DNA from: Macrostomum hystrix
Lineage: Eukaryota; Animalia; Platyhelminthes
Direction of reading: 5' to 3'
DNA length: 64,000 nucleotides
Assembly (NCBI GenBank): GCA_950097015.1
Contig: CATNEN010000001.1
Span: 1,302,001 to 1,366,000, forward strand
Shown: positions 38,528 through 52,630 of the stretch, one piece after another
How positions within the stretch are numbered: the stretch's first letter is position 1
How the letters are laid out: every line of letters starts with the position of its first letter
The notes under the pieces: model-generated
Told to the model about the DNA's origin: nothing
Seen by the model: only the letters and a program-made list of their open reading frames with translations
The model's database searches: none
Position numbers and translations under genes: made by a program

Positions 38528-41282
38528 CTGGTTTAGCAATGATTCAAACGCTGGGTTAGCCATGATTCAAACTCTGGTTTTGCCATGATTCAAACTCTGG
38601 TTTAGCCATGATTCAAACTCTGGTTTAGCCATGATTCAGAATCTAGTTTAGCCATGATTCAGACGCTGGTTTAGCTATGATTCAAACTCTGGTTTAGCCA
38701 TGATTCAGACTCTGGTTTAGCCATGATTCAGACTCTGGTTTAGCCATGATTCAAACTCTGTTTTAGCTATGATTCAAACTCTGGTTTTGCCATGATTCAG
38801 ACGCTTGTTTAGCTATGATTCAAACTCTGGTTTAGCTATGAGCCATGATTCAGACTCTGGTGTAGCCATGAATCAGACTCTGGTTTAGCCATGAATCAGA
38901 CTCTGGTTTAGCCATGATTCAAACTCTGGTTTAGCTATGATTTAAACTCTGGTGTAGCCATGATTCAGACTCTGGTTTAGCTATGATTCAAACTCTGGTT
39001 TAGCCATGATTCAGACTCTGGTTTAGCCATGATTCTGACTCTGGTTTAGCCATGATTCAGACTCTGGTTTAGCTATGATTCAGACTCTGGTGTAGCCATG
39101 ATTCAGACTCTGGTTTAGCCATGATTCAGACTCTGGTTTAGCCATGATTCAGACTCTGGTTTAGCTATGATTCAAACTCTGGTTTAGCCATGATTCAGAC
39201 TCTGGTTTAGCCATGATTCAGACTCTGGTTTAGCCATGATCCAGACTCTGGTTTAGCCTTGATTCAGACTCTGGTTTAGCCATGATTTAGACTCTGGTGT
39301 AGCCATGATTCAGACTCTGGTTTAGCCATGATTCAGACTCTGGTTTAGCCATGATTCAGACTCTGGTGTAGCCATGATTCAGACTCTGGTTTAGCCATGA
39401 TTCAGACTCTGGTTTAGCTATGATTCAAACTCTGGTTTAGCCATGATTCAGACTCTGGTTTAGCCATGATTCAGACTCTGGTTTAGCCATGATCCAGACT
39501 CTGGTTTAGCCTTGATTCAGACTCTGGTTTAGCCATGATTTAGACTCTGGTTTAGCCATGATTCAGACTCTGGTTTAGCCATGATTCAGACTCTGGTTTA
39601 GCCATGATTCAGACTCTGGTTTAGCCATGATTCAGACTCTGGTTTAGCCATGATTCAGACTCTGGTTTAGCCATGATTCAGACTCTGGTTTAGCTATGAT
39701 TCAGACTCTGGTGTAGCCATGATTCAGACTCTGGTTTAGCCATGATTCAGACTCTGGTTTAGCCATGATTCAGACTCTGGTTTAGCCATGATTCAGACTC
39801 TGGTTTAGCTATAATTCAAACTCTGGTTTAGCCATGATTCAGACTCTGGTTTAGCCATGATTCAGACTCTGGTTTAGCCATGATCCAGACTCTGGTTTAG
39901 CCTTGATTCAGACTCTGGTTTAGCCATGATTCAGACTCTGGTGTAGCCATGATTCAGACTCTGGTTTAGCTATAATTCAAACTCTGGTTTAGCCATGATT
40001 CAGACTCTGGTTTAGCCATGATTCAGACTCTGGTTTAGCCATGATTCAGACTCTGGTTTAGCCATGATTCAGACTCTGGTTTAGCCATGATCCAGACTCT
40101 GGTTTAGCCATGATTCAGACTCTGGTGTAGCCATGATTCAGACTCTGGTTTAGCCATGATCCAGACTCTGGTTTAGCCTTGATTCAGACTCTGGTTTAGC
40201 CATGATTCAGACTCTGGTGTAGCCATGATTCAGACTCTGGTTTAGCCATGATTCACACTCTGGTGTAGCCATGATTCAGACTCTGGTTTAGCCATGATTC
40301 AGACTCTGGTTTAGCCATGATTCAGACTCTGGTTTAGCCATGATTCAGACTCTGGTTTAGCCATGATTCAGACTCTGGTTTAGCCATGATCCAGACTCTG
40401 GTTTAGCCTTGATTCAGACTCTGGTTTAGCCATGATTTAGACTCTGGTTTAGCCATGATTCAGACTCTGGTTTAGCCATGATTCAGACTCTGGTTTAGCC
40501 ATGATTCAGACTCTGGTTTAGCCATGATTCAGACTCTGGTTTAGCCATGATTCAAACTCTGGTTTAGCCATGATTCAGACTCTGGTTTAGCTATGATTCA
40601 AACTCTGGTTTAGCCATGATTCAGACTCTGGTTTAGCCATGATTCAGACTCTGGTTTAGCCATGATTCAAACTCTGGTTTAGCCATGATTCAGACTCTGG
40701 TGTAGCCATGATTCAGACTCTGGTTTAGCTATGATTCAAACTCTGGTTTAGCCATGATTCAGACTCTGGTTTAGCCATGATTCAGACTCTGGTTTAGCCA
40801 TGATTCAGACTCTGGTTTAGCCATGATTCAGACTCTGGTTGAGCCATGATTCAGACTCTGGTGTAGCCATGATTCAGACTCTGGTTTAGCCATGATCCAG
40901 ACTCTGGTTTAGCCTTGATTCAGACTCTGGTTTAGCCTTGATTCAGACTCTGGTGTAGCCATGATTCAGACTCTGGTTTAGCCATGATTCACACTCTGGT
41001 TTAGCCATGATTCAGACTCTGGTTTAGCCATGATTCAGACTCTGGTTTAGCCATGATTCAGACTCTGGTTTAGCCATGATTCAGACTCTGGTTTAGCCAT
41101 GATTCAGACTCTGGTTTAGCCATGATTCAGACTCTGGTTTAGCCATGATTCAGACTCTGGTTTAGCCATGATTCAGACTCTGGTTTAGCCATGATTCAGA
41201 CTCTGGTTTAGCCATGATTCAGACTCTGGTTTAGCCATGATTCAGACTCTGGTTTAGCCATGATTCAAACTCTGTTTTAGCC
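38528..41282. repeat. Minisatellite, 23-bp ttagccatgattcagactctggt
   Basis: About 120 units, highly homogeneous. Confidence 0.98.
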
Positions 41283-41689
41283 GGTGTGCTATGATTTATG
41301 ATATTTTATTTACGAAATGAAAAAAATAATATAAAATAGTCTTCAATCACTACTGGCTGAAAATTAGTCTAAATGATTTGATGCAGTGCAGAATCGAACC
41401 CTAGCCTAGCCTAACCTATTCCTAGTGCCTACACATCGGCTATTCTGACTGTTGGTTAGTGGGTGCAAAAATCAGCCTTATAAAATGAATTCTCAAAGTT
41501 CTGGCTTTGTACAATGAAGTAAGAAAATAGCGTACACTCAGTCTTGCGGTTGGTTGTGTACATTTATTTCCAATTTGTCTCCAGAGTGCAGGCTTCAAAT
41601 TCAATCAGCTAGGGGTTGTTGCGCAATTTGACGATGCAATTCTAATTCAGTGGCAGTGAGTAAAATTCTCAATAGGCCAAGATGGTTTG

Positions 41690-41880
41690 ACCTTTGAAAA
41701 ATCATGTTTTTCGAATATTTAATCCCTTTAGCAATAAAGTTAAGCTTAATAAAAATACGTGTATAATTGTCCCCATATTTGGCATCTTTTGGTGAAGAAA
41801 TGGTGAAAATCGGTTGAGCCGTTCGGGAGAAAATCAATTACAACCAAGCAACCATTTCATTTTTAGTATAGTGGAGGATG
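41690..41880 (+). mobile_element. Possible non-autonomous Helitron-like 3' end
   Basis: gaaaatcggttgagccgttc followed by ...atttttagtatag resembles the 3' ends of invertebrate non-autonomous rolling-circle elements. Recognition only, not alignment-verified. Confidence 0.3.
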
Positions 41881-42339
41881 GATGTTAGTATATTCAAGCT
41901 GATGAGTCTTATTACTTTGTGTACGTCTAGGACTCTAGGCTTTTTAGTTGTCTTTTTTAAAGCAATCAAATACATGCGTACAGTCTAATAATAAACTAAA
42001 AAACCTTAGATTAATATTGTACTTACTAGTCATTTTTGCATGTCATGATGATTTTGCCAAAACTCCCTGTGTAAACAACTTTTAATAAAAGTTTGCTATT
42101 CGTTCAAAGCCTAACTTGCGAATATATAATGCGCGCTAAATTGGCGTTCGAAAGTTAGTTCGGTGATGAAAAGCGTTGTAGCTTAATTGTTAAATTTTTA
42201 TCGGGTTTTGTGAAACATTTGTTTTGTTCAAAGTTGTTGCTCATTCTTAACTAACAATACAATACCAATTATAACAACTGCCTCGTCTGTGTTTCTTTAA
42301 AATATTTCACGATCAACTTGTAGCTTCGGCGAGTTTTTG

Positions 42340-43250
42340 TCTGGGATTAGGGATCTGGGAGTGTACAGCATTGGGACTGTGGGGAATTACGATTAGGGAT
42401 GTGGGATAGTAGGATTAGGGATGTGGGATAGTAGGATTAGGGATGTGGGATAGTAGGATTAAGAGCATTGGATAATATGATTAGGGACGTGGAATAGTGT
42501 GATTAGGAACATGGGATAATAGGATTAGGGACGTGGAATAGTGTGATTAGGAACATGGGATAATAGGATTAGGGACGTGGAATAGTGTGATTAGGAATAT
42601 GGGATAATAGGATTAGGGACGTGGAATAGTGTGATTAGAAACATGGGATAATAAGATTAGGGACGTGGAATAGTGTGATTAGGAACATGGGATAATAGGA
42701 TTAGGGACGTGAAATAGTGTGATTAGGAATATGGGATAATAGGATTAGGGACGTGGAATAGTGTGATTAGGAACATGGGATAATAGGATTAGGGAGTGAA
42801 ATAGTGTGATTAGGAATATGGGATAATAGGATTAGGGACGTGGAATAGTGTGATTGGGAACATGGGATAATAGGATTAGGGACGTGGAATAGTGTGATTA
42901 GAAACATGGGATAATAGGATTAGGGACTTGGAATAGTGTGATTAGGAACATGGGATAATAGGATTAGGGACGTGGAATAGTGTGATTAGAAACATGGGAT
43001 AATAGGATTAGGGACGTGGAATAGTGTGATTAGAAACATGGGATAATAAGATTAGGGACGTGGAATAGTGTGATTAGGGGCGTTGGATAGTAGGATTAAG
43101 GGCGTGGAATAGTGGGATTAGGGACGTGAAAAAGTGGGATTAGGGATGTTAAAAAGTGGGATCGGGGCCATGGGAAAAATGGGTTTAGGGTCGTAAGTAA
43201 GTAGGATTAGGGACGTGGGAAAATGGAATTCGTAATGTGGGATTAGGAGT
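42340..43250. repeat. Minisatellite, 22-bp/44-bp dimer ggattagggacgtggaatagtgtgattaggaacatgggataata
   Basis: Monomeric edges and a dimeric centre; contains TTAGGG. Confidence 0.94.
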
Positions 43251-43554
43251 CTAGGACAGTAGGATCTGAGATAATGGATTCCATATAAGTAGTGTTTAAT
43301 GGTGGGATTAGGGTGAGGGACAGTGAGATTAAAATGTGGGTATTTGGGTTAGGGTTAAGGTTTGTGGTAGGACTAGTGGTATTGTCACTGTCCGACAGTG
43401 AAGTGTGTGGGACTGTATAATTAGTGATTTGTGAGAGTAGGATTAGCAATCTGGGATTTGTGATAAGTTTCCGAAAGGTTTTAATAGTAGAAAAAAGTAT
43501 AGAAAGAATCTCATCTCTATTTCAGGAACCGGCCCTTAGCAACTCATCCAAGCA

Positions 43555-43845
43555 ATGCATCAGTACCATCAATATCAGATGTACGAGCAGGCATTGAATC
43601 CGATGCATAGGCCGGCTAGACACGGTCGCAACGAGTGCCTGATGCTGCTGTTTATGTTAGCCGCAGGTGCTGGCGTCGTCACAATGTTGATTGTGGCTGT
43701 TGCCAGCAGTCAAACGCTGGGGAACAATTTAGTTTTGCATTCCAATATAGTTCAAGAGTTGCCGTTTCAGGAGCCAGTCGACTCCGGGTCCATTCGCAGC
43801 CAGGCTGTTCGCTTGAAGTTCCGAAAAACTAACAGCACAAAATAA
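43555..43845 (+). CDS. Possible orphan 96-aa single-pass membrane protein
   Basis: ATG-initiated, non-repetitive ORF with one hydrophobic stretch (LMLLFMLAAGAGVVTMLIVAVA). A strong 3' splice site (tctctatttcag, ending 43525) lies upstream and AATAAA overlaps the stop. No recognised homology. Confidence 0.4.
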   Translation: MHQYHQYQMYEQALNPMHRPARHGRNECLMLLFMLAAGAGVVTMLIVAVASSQTLGNNLVLHSNIVQELPFQEPVDSGSIRSQAVRLKFRKTNSTK

Positions 43846-44139
43846 ATAAATAATTTAATGCTGGCGATACTACTTACTCAGATGGTCAGTAGGGTTAGCG
43901 GAATGTTATCAGATTTTTGTAAATTTTAGCGAAGAAAATCCAGTGCCTAACCATAACAAAGATTTTATTGCTGCACTTATTGCATGTTTCTAAGAAGTTG
44001 TAAGAAACATTAGATTTGTGTTTCCGAGTGCATTTATCTATTTTGTAACAGCCTGAATGAAAGATTTTGTTGCTGATCTTTTTGACTTAAACAGTTAATT
44101 GTCTTGCTTAAGCACAATTATTATTTCCCGTGGACTGAT

Positions 44140-44197
44140 TTTGAGTATCGAACCTCCGACCACTCGGTCAGAAGTCAGAACCACTGGGCTACAAGGC
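44140..44197 (-). mobile_element. Degenerate tRNA-like (SINE head) fragment
   Basis: On the minus strand, A-box TAGCCCAGTGG and B-box GGTTCGATAC with shortened spacing; no complete cloverleaf. Confidence 0.4.
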
Positions 44198-44529
44198 ATT
44201 GAGCTCCTTACGGAACTGTACGATGATCTGTGTACGATAAGCTCTTCGATTTTTTTCCCTTTTTTAATCAGATTTATTTGCAATCGCTTTCCTTATTAAA
44301 ACTAAACTTGATGATTAATTCTTAAATTGTGTCCATGACATCTCCAGCTTCAGGTTAAATCTTTGTTTGTACATGTGTTTTTTCATTAAAATATGCTTTT
44401 TAATCTAATAAACAAATGCGTGATATGCATCTGTGTGTATTATGAGTAATATTAGTAACATTAAATAATCTTATTGTTTCACATACGAACAGATTTTTGG
44501 TCCGTTGTCTAATATTTTCATTTGTAAAA

Positions 44530-46235
44530 GGCAGATAAAAGGAGCCATATGGAGACCGATGAAGGTAGCCATAGCGACGGATGAAGGGAGCCATAGAGAC
44601 AGATGAAGGGAGCCATAGAGACAGATGAAGGGAGCCATAGCGACAGATGAAGGGAGCCATAGAGACAGATGAAGGGAGCCATAGAGACAGATGAAGGGAG
44701 CCATAGAGACAGATGAAGGGAGCCATAGCGACAGATGAAGGGAGCCATAGAGACAGATGAAGGGAGCCATAGAGACAGATGAAGGGAGCCATAGCGACGG
44801 ATGAAGGGAGCCATAGCGACAGATGAAGGGAGCCATAGAGACAGATAAAGGGAGCCATAGAGACAGATGAAGGGAGCCATAGCGACAGATGAAGGAAAGC
44901 CATAGAGACAGATGAAGGGAGCCATAGAGACAGATGAAGGGAGCTATATGAAGACAGATGAAGGGAGCCATAGAGACAGATGAAGGGAGCCATAGCGACA
45001 GATGAAGGGAGCCATAGAGACAGATAAAGGGAGCCATAGAGACAGATGAAGGGAGCCATAGCGACAGATGAAGGGAGCCATAGAGACAGATGAAGGGAGC
45101 CATAGAGACAGATGAAGGGAGCCATAGCGACAGATGAAGGGAGCCATAGAGACAGATGAAGGGAGCCATAGAGACAGATGAAGGGAGCTATATGAAGACA
45201 GATGAAGGGAGCTATATGAAGACAGATGAAGGGAGCCATAGAGACAGATGAAGGGAGCCATAGCGACAGATGAAGGGAGCCATAGAGACAGATGAAGGGA
45301 GCCATAGAGACAGATGAAGGGAGCCATAGAGACAGATGAAGGGAGCTATATGAAGACAGATGAAGGGAGCTATATGAAGACAGATGAAGGGAGCTATATG
45401 GAGACAGATGAAGGGAGCTATATGAAGACAGATGAAGGGAGCCATAGAGACAGATGAAGGGAGCCATAGCGACAGATGAAGGGAGCCATAGAGACAGATG
45501 AAGGGAGCCATAGAGACAGATGAAGGGAGCCATAGCGACGGATGAAGGGAGCCATAGAGACAGATGAAGGGAGCCATAGCGACGGATGAAGGGAGCCATA
45601 GAGACAGATGAAGGGAGCCATAGCGACAGATGAAGGGAGCCATAGAGACAGATGAAGGGAGCCATAGAGACAGATGAAGGGAGCCATAGAGACAGATGAA
45701 GGGAGCCATAGCGACAGATGAAGGGAGCCATAGAGACAGATGAAGGGAGCCATAGAGACAGATGAAGGGAGCCATAGCGACGGATGAAGGGAGCCATAGA
45801 GACAGATGAAGGGAGCCATAGCGACGGATGAAGGGAGCCATAGCGACAGATGAAGGGAGCCATAGAGACAGATGAAGGGAGCCATAGAGACAGATGAAGG
45901 GAGCCATAGCGACAGATGAAGGGAGCCATAGAGACAGATGAAGGGAGCCATAGAGACAGATGAAGGGAGCTATATGAAGACAGATGAAGGGAGCTATATG
46001 AAGACAGATGAAGGGAGCTATATGAAGACAGATGAAGGGAGCTATATGAAGACAGATGAAGGGAGCCATAGAGACAGATGAAGGGAGCCGTAGAGACAGA
46101 TGAAGGGAGCCATAGAGACAGATGAAGAGAGCCATAGAGACAGATGAAGGGAGCCATAGAGACAGATGAAGGGAGCTATATGAAGACAGATGAAGGGAGC
46201 TATATGAAGACAGATGAAGGGAGCCATAGAGACAA
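44530..46235. repeat. Minisatellite, 22-bp agagacagatgaagggagccat (24-bp variant interspersed)
   Basis: Tandem array; source of several spurious long ORFs. Confidence 0.97.
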
Positions 46236-46817
46236 AGCAAGCCGCTAAGATTTCATATTTCATATCATGGGTAAGAAGCCATAGCACAATGCTCGTGTAT
46301 ATTTTCTGATGTTAGATTTGCTAAATAGGTTACTCACAGTAGCACAATTAGTATCAAACATGCCGTAGACAGCATTTGTGTGAAATAGAAAAGTCCAGTA
46401 AGCTAGATAATTAAGAAGAAATAAAATCAGGACTAGACAATAAGACACGCCTCTTCTAAGGGGAAGAAAGCAGCACAGAAGTGTGTACTCAAAGCCTCGG
46501 TAAAAATCTCTACCGGGTAACAGCAGTAGTAATTGTGCACATAATCGCTTCAACTATTTGTTTTTTACACAAAAATTGCGCGTGTAAATATAAATATGCA
46601 CATAAGTAAGATGTCGCAACTAAAAAATGATTGTGTACAAAATGTTTGCATATTTACATAATTTAAAATAAATTATTTTGATATTTATATTTAGGATAGG
46701 AAAACTTAGGTAGAATTAGTTAAAAAACTTCCCTTTACAAAGACAATAAGATCCATACAGAATCAATATTATTAACCCATTGTATAAAAATCAATCCTAT
46801 ACTTTATACTCGTAAAA

Positions 46818-46925
46818 GGGAAAATTCCATACTGAATCAATGGAAAATTCCATAATGAATCAATGGAAAATTCCATAATAAATCAATGGAAAATTCCATA
46901 ATGAATCAATTAAAGATTCCATTGA
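46818..46925. repeat. Short minisatellite, ~23-bp ggaaaattccataatgaatcaat
   Basis: 4-5 units containing the palindromic core tggaaaattcca. Confidence 0.8.
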
Positions 46926-47115
46926 AAAAAAATCCTAAAATGTCATGAAAAAATTCATGGAAAACTCCATTATTAATAAATTAGAAAATTCCATCGGATG
47001 TACATATGACTTCAATTTAATCGAGAGATATTAACAGTCTGTACAAATTAATTTCAAGCATGAGATACTTTCATAAAAAATAGTAAAGAAACAGGTCACA
47101 GTAAAAGTTAGTTTA

Positions 47116-50100
47116 CTAGAATGGGAATTTGAAGCCAGCAGCTGCGGCCACAGCGGCAGCAGCCGCAGCCGCAGCCGCAGCAGCCGAGGCGTTCGTGTCA
47201 ACCCGATGATCATCTTCATCGGCCGTTTCATCGCCGTCCGCATCTGTTGGAGTTTCCTCTTCTTCCTGATGCTGCGGCTGCTGCTGCTGCTGGGACTCGT
47301 GCTTTCTCAAATGCTTGGCTAGATAAGTCTCAGAGTTGTATGCTTTGCCACAGATCCGGCAGAGCAGGACCCGGCTATAGCGATTGGCGCCGTGCTTCGC
47401 GGCAGTGTGGGTGTCCAATTCGTCTTTGGTATCGAAGCAGGCCCGGCAAGTGGCGCACCGGTGCGGCTTATCTCGCTGATGCTGGCGCTGGTGACTCTGC
47501 AGGTTGCTCATCTGGGCGAAGCTCTTCGTACAGTGCCAGCACCTGTAGGGCCGGTCGCCTGTGTGCACTCGTTCGTGCTGCTGCACGTGTGACAATTGGG
47601 TGAATCTCTTGTCGCAGAATTTGCAGCCGTAGGGCCTCAGGCCGGTGTGAATTCGTCTGTGCTGGCCTAGGTAGGCTGCGGTGGCAAATTGTCTGCCGCA
47701 GGTTTCGCACTGGTGCGGCCTGGCGTCTGATTTGTGCACTGAACTATTGTGCTGCTGCAGGTCCTGCTTGCTGAAGCACAGCTGCTCGCGTGCGCAATGG
47801 GAGGCGGTGAAAGAGAGAATTTAGGAAACAAATATAATAATAGTGAGGGGAGAAGTAGGGTAGACAGAGAGGGAGAAGTAGGGTAGACAGACAGGGTAAA
47901 AGTAGTGTAGACAGAGAGGGTAGAAGTAGGGTAGACAGAGGGTAGAAGTAGGGTAGACAGAGAGGGTACAAGTAGGGTAGACAGAGAGGGTAAAAGTAGG
48001 GTAGACAGAGAGGGTACAAGTAGGGTAGACAGAGAGGGTAAAAGTAGGGTAGACAGAGAGGGTACAAGTAGGGTAGACAGAGAGGGTAGAAGTAGGGTAG
48101 ACAGAGGGTAGAAGTAGGGTAGACAGAGAGGGTACAAGTAGGGTAGACAGAGAGGGTAAAAGTAGGGTAGACAGAGAGGGTACCAGTAGGGTAGACAGAG
48201 GGGAGAAGTAGGGTAGACAGAGCGGGTAGAAGTAGGGTAGACAGAGAGGGTAGAAGTAGGGTAGACAGGTGAGAAGTAGGGTAGACAGAGAGGGAGAAGT
48301 AGGGTAGACAGACAGGGTAAAAGTAGTGTAGACAGAGAGGGTAAAAGTAGGGTAGACAGAGGGTAGAAGTAGGGTAGACAGAGAGGGTACAAGTAGGGTA
48401 GACAGAGAGGGTAAAAGTAGGGTAGACAGAGAGGGTACAAGTAGGGTAGACAGAGAGGGTAGAAGTAGGGTAGACAGAGGGTAGAAGTAGGGTAGACAGA
48501 GAGGGTACAAGTAGGGTAGACAGAGAGGGTAAAAGTAGGGTAGACAGAGAGGGTACAAGTAGGGTAGACAGAGGTGAGAAGTAGGGTAGACAGAGCGGGT
48601 AGAAGTAGGGTAGACAGAGAGGGTAGAAGTAGGGTAGACAGGTGAGAAGTAGGGTAGACAGAGAGGGTAGAAGTAGGGTAGACAGAGGAGAGAAGTACGG
48701 TAGACAGAGAGGGTAGAAGTGGGGTAGACAGACAGGGTAGAAGTAGGGTAGACAGGTGAGAAGTAGGGTAGACAGAGAGGGTAGAAGTAGGGAAGACAGA
48801 GGAGAGAAGTGGGGTAGACAGAGAGGGTAGAAGTAGGGTAGACAGAGAGGGTAGAAGTAGGGTAGACAGAGGTGAGAAGTAGGGTAGACAGAGCGGGTAG
48901 AAGTGGGGTAGACAGACAGGGTAAAAGTAGGGTAGACAGAGGTGAGAAGTAGGGTAGACAGAGAGGGTAGAAGTAGGGTAGACAGAGAGGGTAGGAGTGG
49001 GGTAGACAGACAGGGTAAAAGTAGGGTAGACAGAGGTGAGAAGTAGGGTAGACAGAGAGGGTAGAAGTAAGGTAGACAGAGAGGGTAGAAGTAGGGTAGA
49101 CAGAGAGGGTAGAAGTGGGGTAGACAGACAGGGTAAAAGTAGGGTAGACAGAGGTGAGAAGTAGGGTAGACAGAGAGGGTAGAAGTAGGGTAGACAGAGA
49201 GGGGAGAAGTAGGGTAGACAGAGGAGAGTAGTGTAGATACACAGGAGAGATCTTGGTGCATACAAATAAGGACAATTAAAGGTGAGAGTGTGGTTCGGAA
49301 ATTAGAACTACATTATTGAATGTGACCTAACAAAAAAATCAAAAGCCTTATGCCTCGATTATAATGTATTTTTTTTATTTGCCACGTTATTTTATACAAA
49401 ATCTGAACTAATCGACCACTATGTTTTTTCTACTCAAGCATCAAAGTAAAATTTCGTCTTTAACTGTAGCTGGGCTTAAAAAACTCCGTGAACATCATCC
49501 CAGTCACCATGAAGGGTCCCCTTCATCCCCGTCTGGAGATCCGACGGCGACCGTCGGGACCTTTAACACAAGCACCCGATCGGCATCACAAAAGATTAGA
49601 AAAAGAGGTTTATACAAAGCAATTTTAGTTGTCCTTTCACCAGGCTTTAAAATGCTTTAAAAATTAAGTCATCGTTAATTAATTTTATATAAAAAATCAC
49701 AACTTCTGATATTTTGTTAGCTCATCCGAATCAAGAAATAAAACTTGGTGTCGTCAACATAGTGACACTCCTTAAAATTTTAGGGAACAATGGCTTTCAA
49801 ACCACGTCAGTAGGTCTTTCCTGTTGCTTGCCTAGACCGGATAGTTACAAAAAAGTGGTTTAAAAAACTATACATTTTCAGCTGCTTGACAAAAAAAACA
49901 AAAAATTCAATTGAATTTCACATTTTTCATCAATACCACTGAATTTCCTGCCGATGAAAATCGAAAGCAGAGTTTGCACAAAACATCTAGCTTCCTTCTT
50001 TTTTTCATGTTTTTCAATGTTGATTTTTCGGGGCTAAAGTAACTATAACAGTTGGACCAGATGCGACATCTGTTTAGTCCGCAACTGTGACTTTTGTCAT

Positions 50101-52599
50101 GTGAAATTTTTATGATTATAAAATCTGGGGATTGGGAAATTTAGGGGATTGTGAAATGTGGGTTTTAGGGAATTATGGAATGTGAACTATAGGGGATTGT
50201 GGAATGTGAGTTTTAGGAGATTATGGAACGTGAAGTTTAGGGGATTATGGAATCTGAGTTTTAGGAGATTATGGAATGTGAGTTTTAGGAGATTATGGAA
50301 CGTGAAGTTTAGGAGATTATGGAATGTGAGTTTTAGGGGATTATGGAATGTGAGTTTTAGGAGATTAATGGAATGTGAGTTTTAGGGGATTGTGGAATGT
50401 GAATTTTAGGGGATTGTGGAATGTGAATTTTAGGGGATTATGGAATGTGAGTTTTAGGGGATTATGGAATGTGAGTTTTAGGAGATTATGGAATGTGAGT
50501 TTTAGGAGATTAATGGAATGTGAGTTTTAGGGGATTGTGGAATGTGAGTTTTAGGGGATTATGGAATGTGAATTTTAGGGGATTGTGGAATGTGAATTTT
50601 AGGGGATTGTGGAATGTGAGTTTTAGGAGATTATGGAACGTGAAGTTTAGGAGATTATGGAATGTGAGTTTTAGGAGATTATGGAATGTGAGTTTTAGGA
50701 GATTATGGAACGTGAAGTTTAGGGGATTATGGAACGTGAAGTTTAGGGGATTATGGAATGTGAGTTTTAGGGGATTGTGGAATGTGAATTTTAGGGGATT
50801 ATGGAACGTGAAGTTTAGGGGATTATGGAATATGAGTTTTAGGAGATTATGGAATGTGAGTTTTAGGAGATTATGGAATGTGAGTTTTAGGAGATTATGG
50901 AATGTGAGTTTTAGGGGATTGTGGAATGTGAGTTTTAGGAGATTATGGAATGTGAGTTTTAGGAGATTATGGAATGTGAGTTTTAGGGGATTGTGGAATG
51001 TGAATTTTAGGGGATTGTGGAATGTGAATTTTAGGGGATTATGGAATGTGAGTTTTAGGGGATTGTGGAATGTGAGTTTTAGGGGATTGTGGAATGTAAG
51101 TTTTAGAGGAATGTGAAGTTTTGAGCATTGTGGGATGTGGAATTTTTAGGACTGTGAATTTCGGTAAATATGAAGTGTGGGGATTATGACTTCAAGGCAA
51201 CAACGGGGCATTTCTGACAGCGTGAGAAATCTACATTTGCTATTCTTTGAACAGACGAACACAGATTTAGTTTTTTTTCTAAATGGTTTTTGTTCCCAGA
51301 GGGCTCTTCAAATTTGAGCACAACAAAGAGAGCTCAGGGGACACACAATTGCAAATCTGTCAATTTATATTTAACAAGCTTTAACAATGCAGGTCTGGCC
51401 CGTAAAAGGAGGGTTAGTGTTTTTTCTTTTTTAACTGATAGCAATCATCAAATTCGGGTGCCCACAATAGCAATATATTGGCCCCTATAAAACTCGAGAC
51501 AGAATCACATCGCGTGGGTCTGTCCGTACTTTGCATTATTGAGTTCAGTACTTATAAAATTCACCTTATAATACTCGTAGTAAAAGTTCTACATTACTAT
51601 AAAAAAAGTTGCATCGAACTGTTTCTATGGTCAGACAGTGTTAAAAATGCCTGATAAAATCTACTTAGAAATAGATTTAAAAGTTTTTTAACTGGGGTTT
51701 AACTTGTTAGACATGTGTAATTCCTTAGACAGCAGTTTAACATGTTAGACAAGTAGTTCACCTGTTAGACAAGTGTTTCACCAGTTAGACAGGTATTTCA
51801 CCTGTCAAACAAGTATTTCACTTGTTAGAAAGGTATTTCACCAGTTAGACGGGTATTTCACCAGTTGGACAGGTATTTCACCTGTTAAACAAGTATTTCA
51901 CTTGTTAGACAGGTATTTCACATGTTAGACTGGTAGTTCCCCTGTTAGACTGGTATTTCACCTGTTAGACAGGTATTTCACATGTTAGACTGGTAGTTCC
52001 CCTGTTAGACTGGTATTTCACCTGTTAGACTGGTATTTCACATGTTAGACTGGTAGTTCCCCTGTTAGACTGGTATTTCACCTGTTAGACTGGTATTTCA
52101 CCTGTTAGACTGGTATTTCACCTGTTAGACTGGTATTTCACATGTTAGACTGGTAGTTCCCCTGTTAGACTGGTATTTCACCTGTTAGACTGGTATTTCA
52201 CCTGTTAGACTGGTATTTCACCTGTTAGACTGGTATTTCACATGTTAGACTGGTAGTTCCCCTGTTAGACTGGTATTTCACCTGTTAGACTGGTATTTCA
52301 CCTGTTAGACAGGTATTTCAAATGTTAGACAGGTATTCACCTGTTAGACTGGTATTTCACCTGTTAGAAAGAAGTGTAACCTAGTAAACAAAAGTTGGAT
52401 ATGTTAAGACAGGAATTCCAGGTTTTAATCCACCTGTTAAACCAAAGTAGCCCTTTCTTTTTCATTCATGCAGTTAAGAAAGATTAATTAAAATTACAAG
52501 ATGGAATAACACCAGCGTAAAAATTAATCATTATATTTATTGCTCACCTGCTGACAGATTTTGCATTTAAATCCCCGAAACGGTGTCTCGCGTGGCTCC

Positions 52600-52630
<31 letters not shown>

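Noticed and set aside
42340-43360. Interstitial telomere (TTAGGG motifs)
   Set aside because: TTAGGG occurs only singly within 22/44-bp units, not as a tandem hexamer tract.
44400-49275. Long ORFs of 340-585 aa (44400-46157, 45212-46240, 47667-49265, 47744-49261, 47821-49275)
   Set aside because: Translations of stop-free minisatellite strands, open in several frames at once; no protein signal.
49511-49557. GC-rich hairpin ccgacgg-cga-ccgtcgg in the zinc-finger intron
   Set aside because: Single short stem without a Helitron CTRR end or other context; could be chance.
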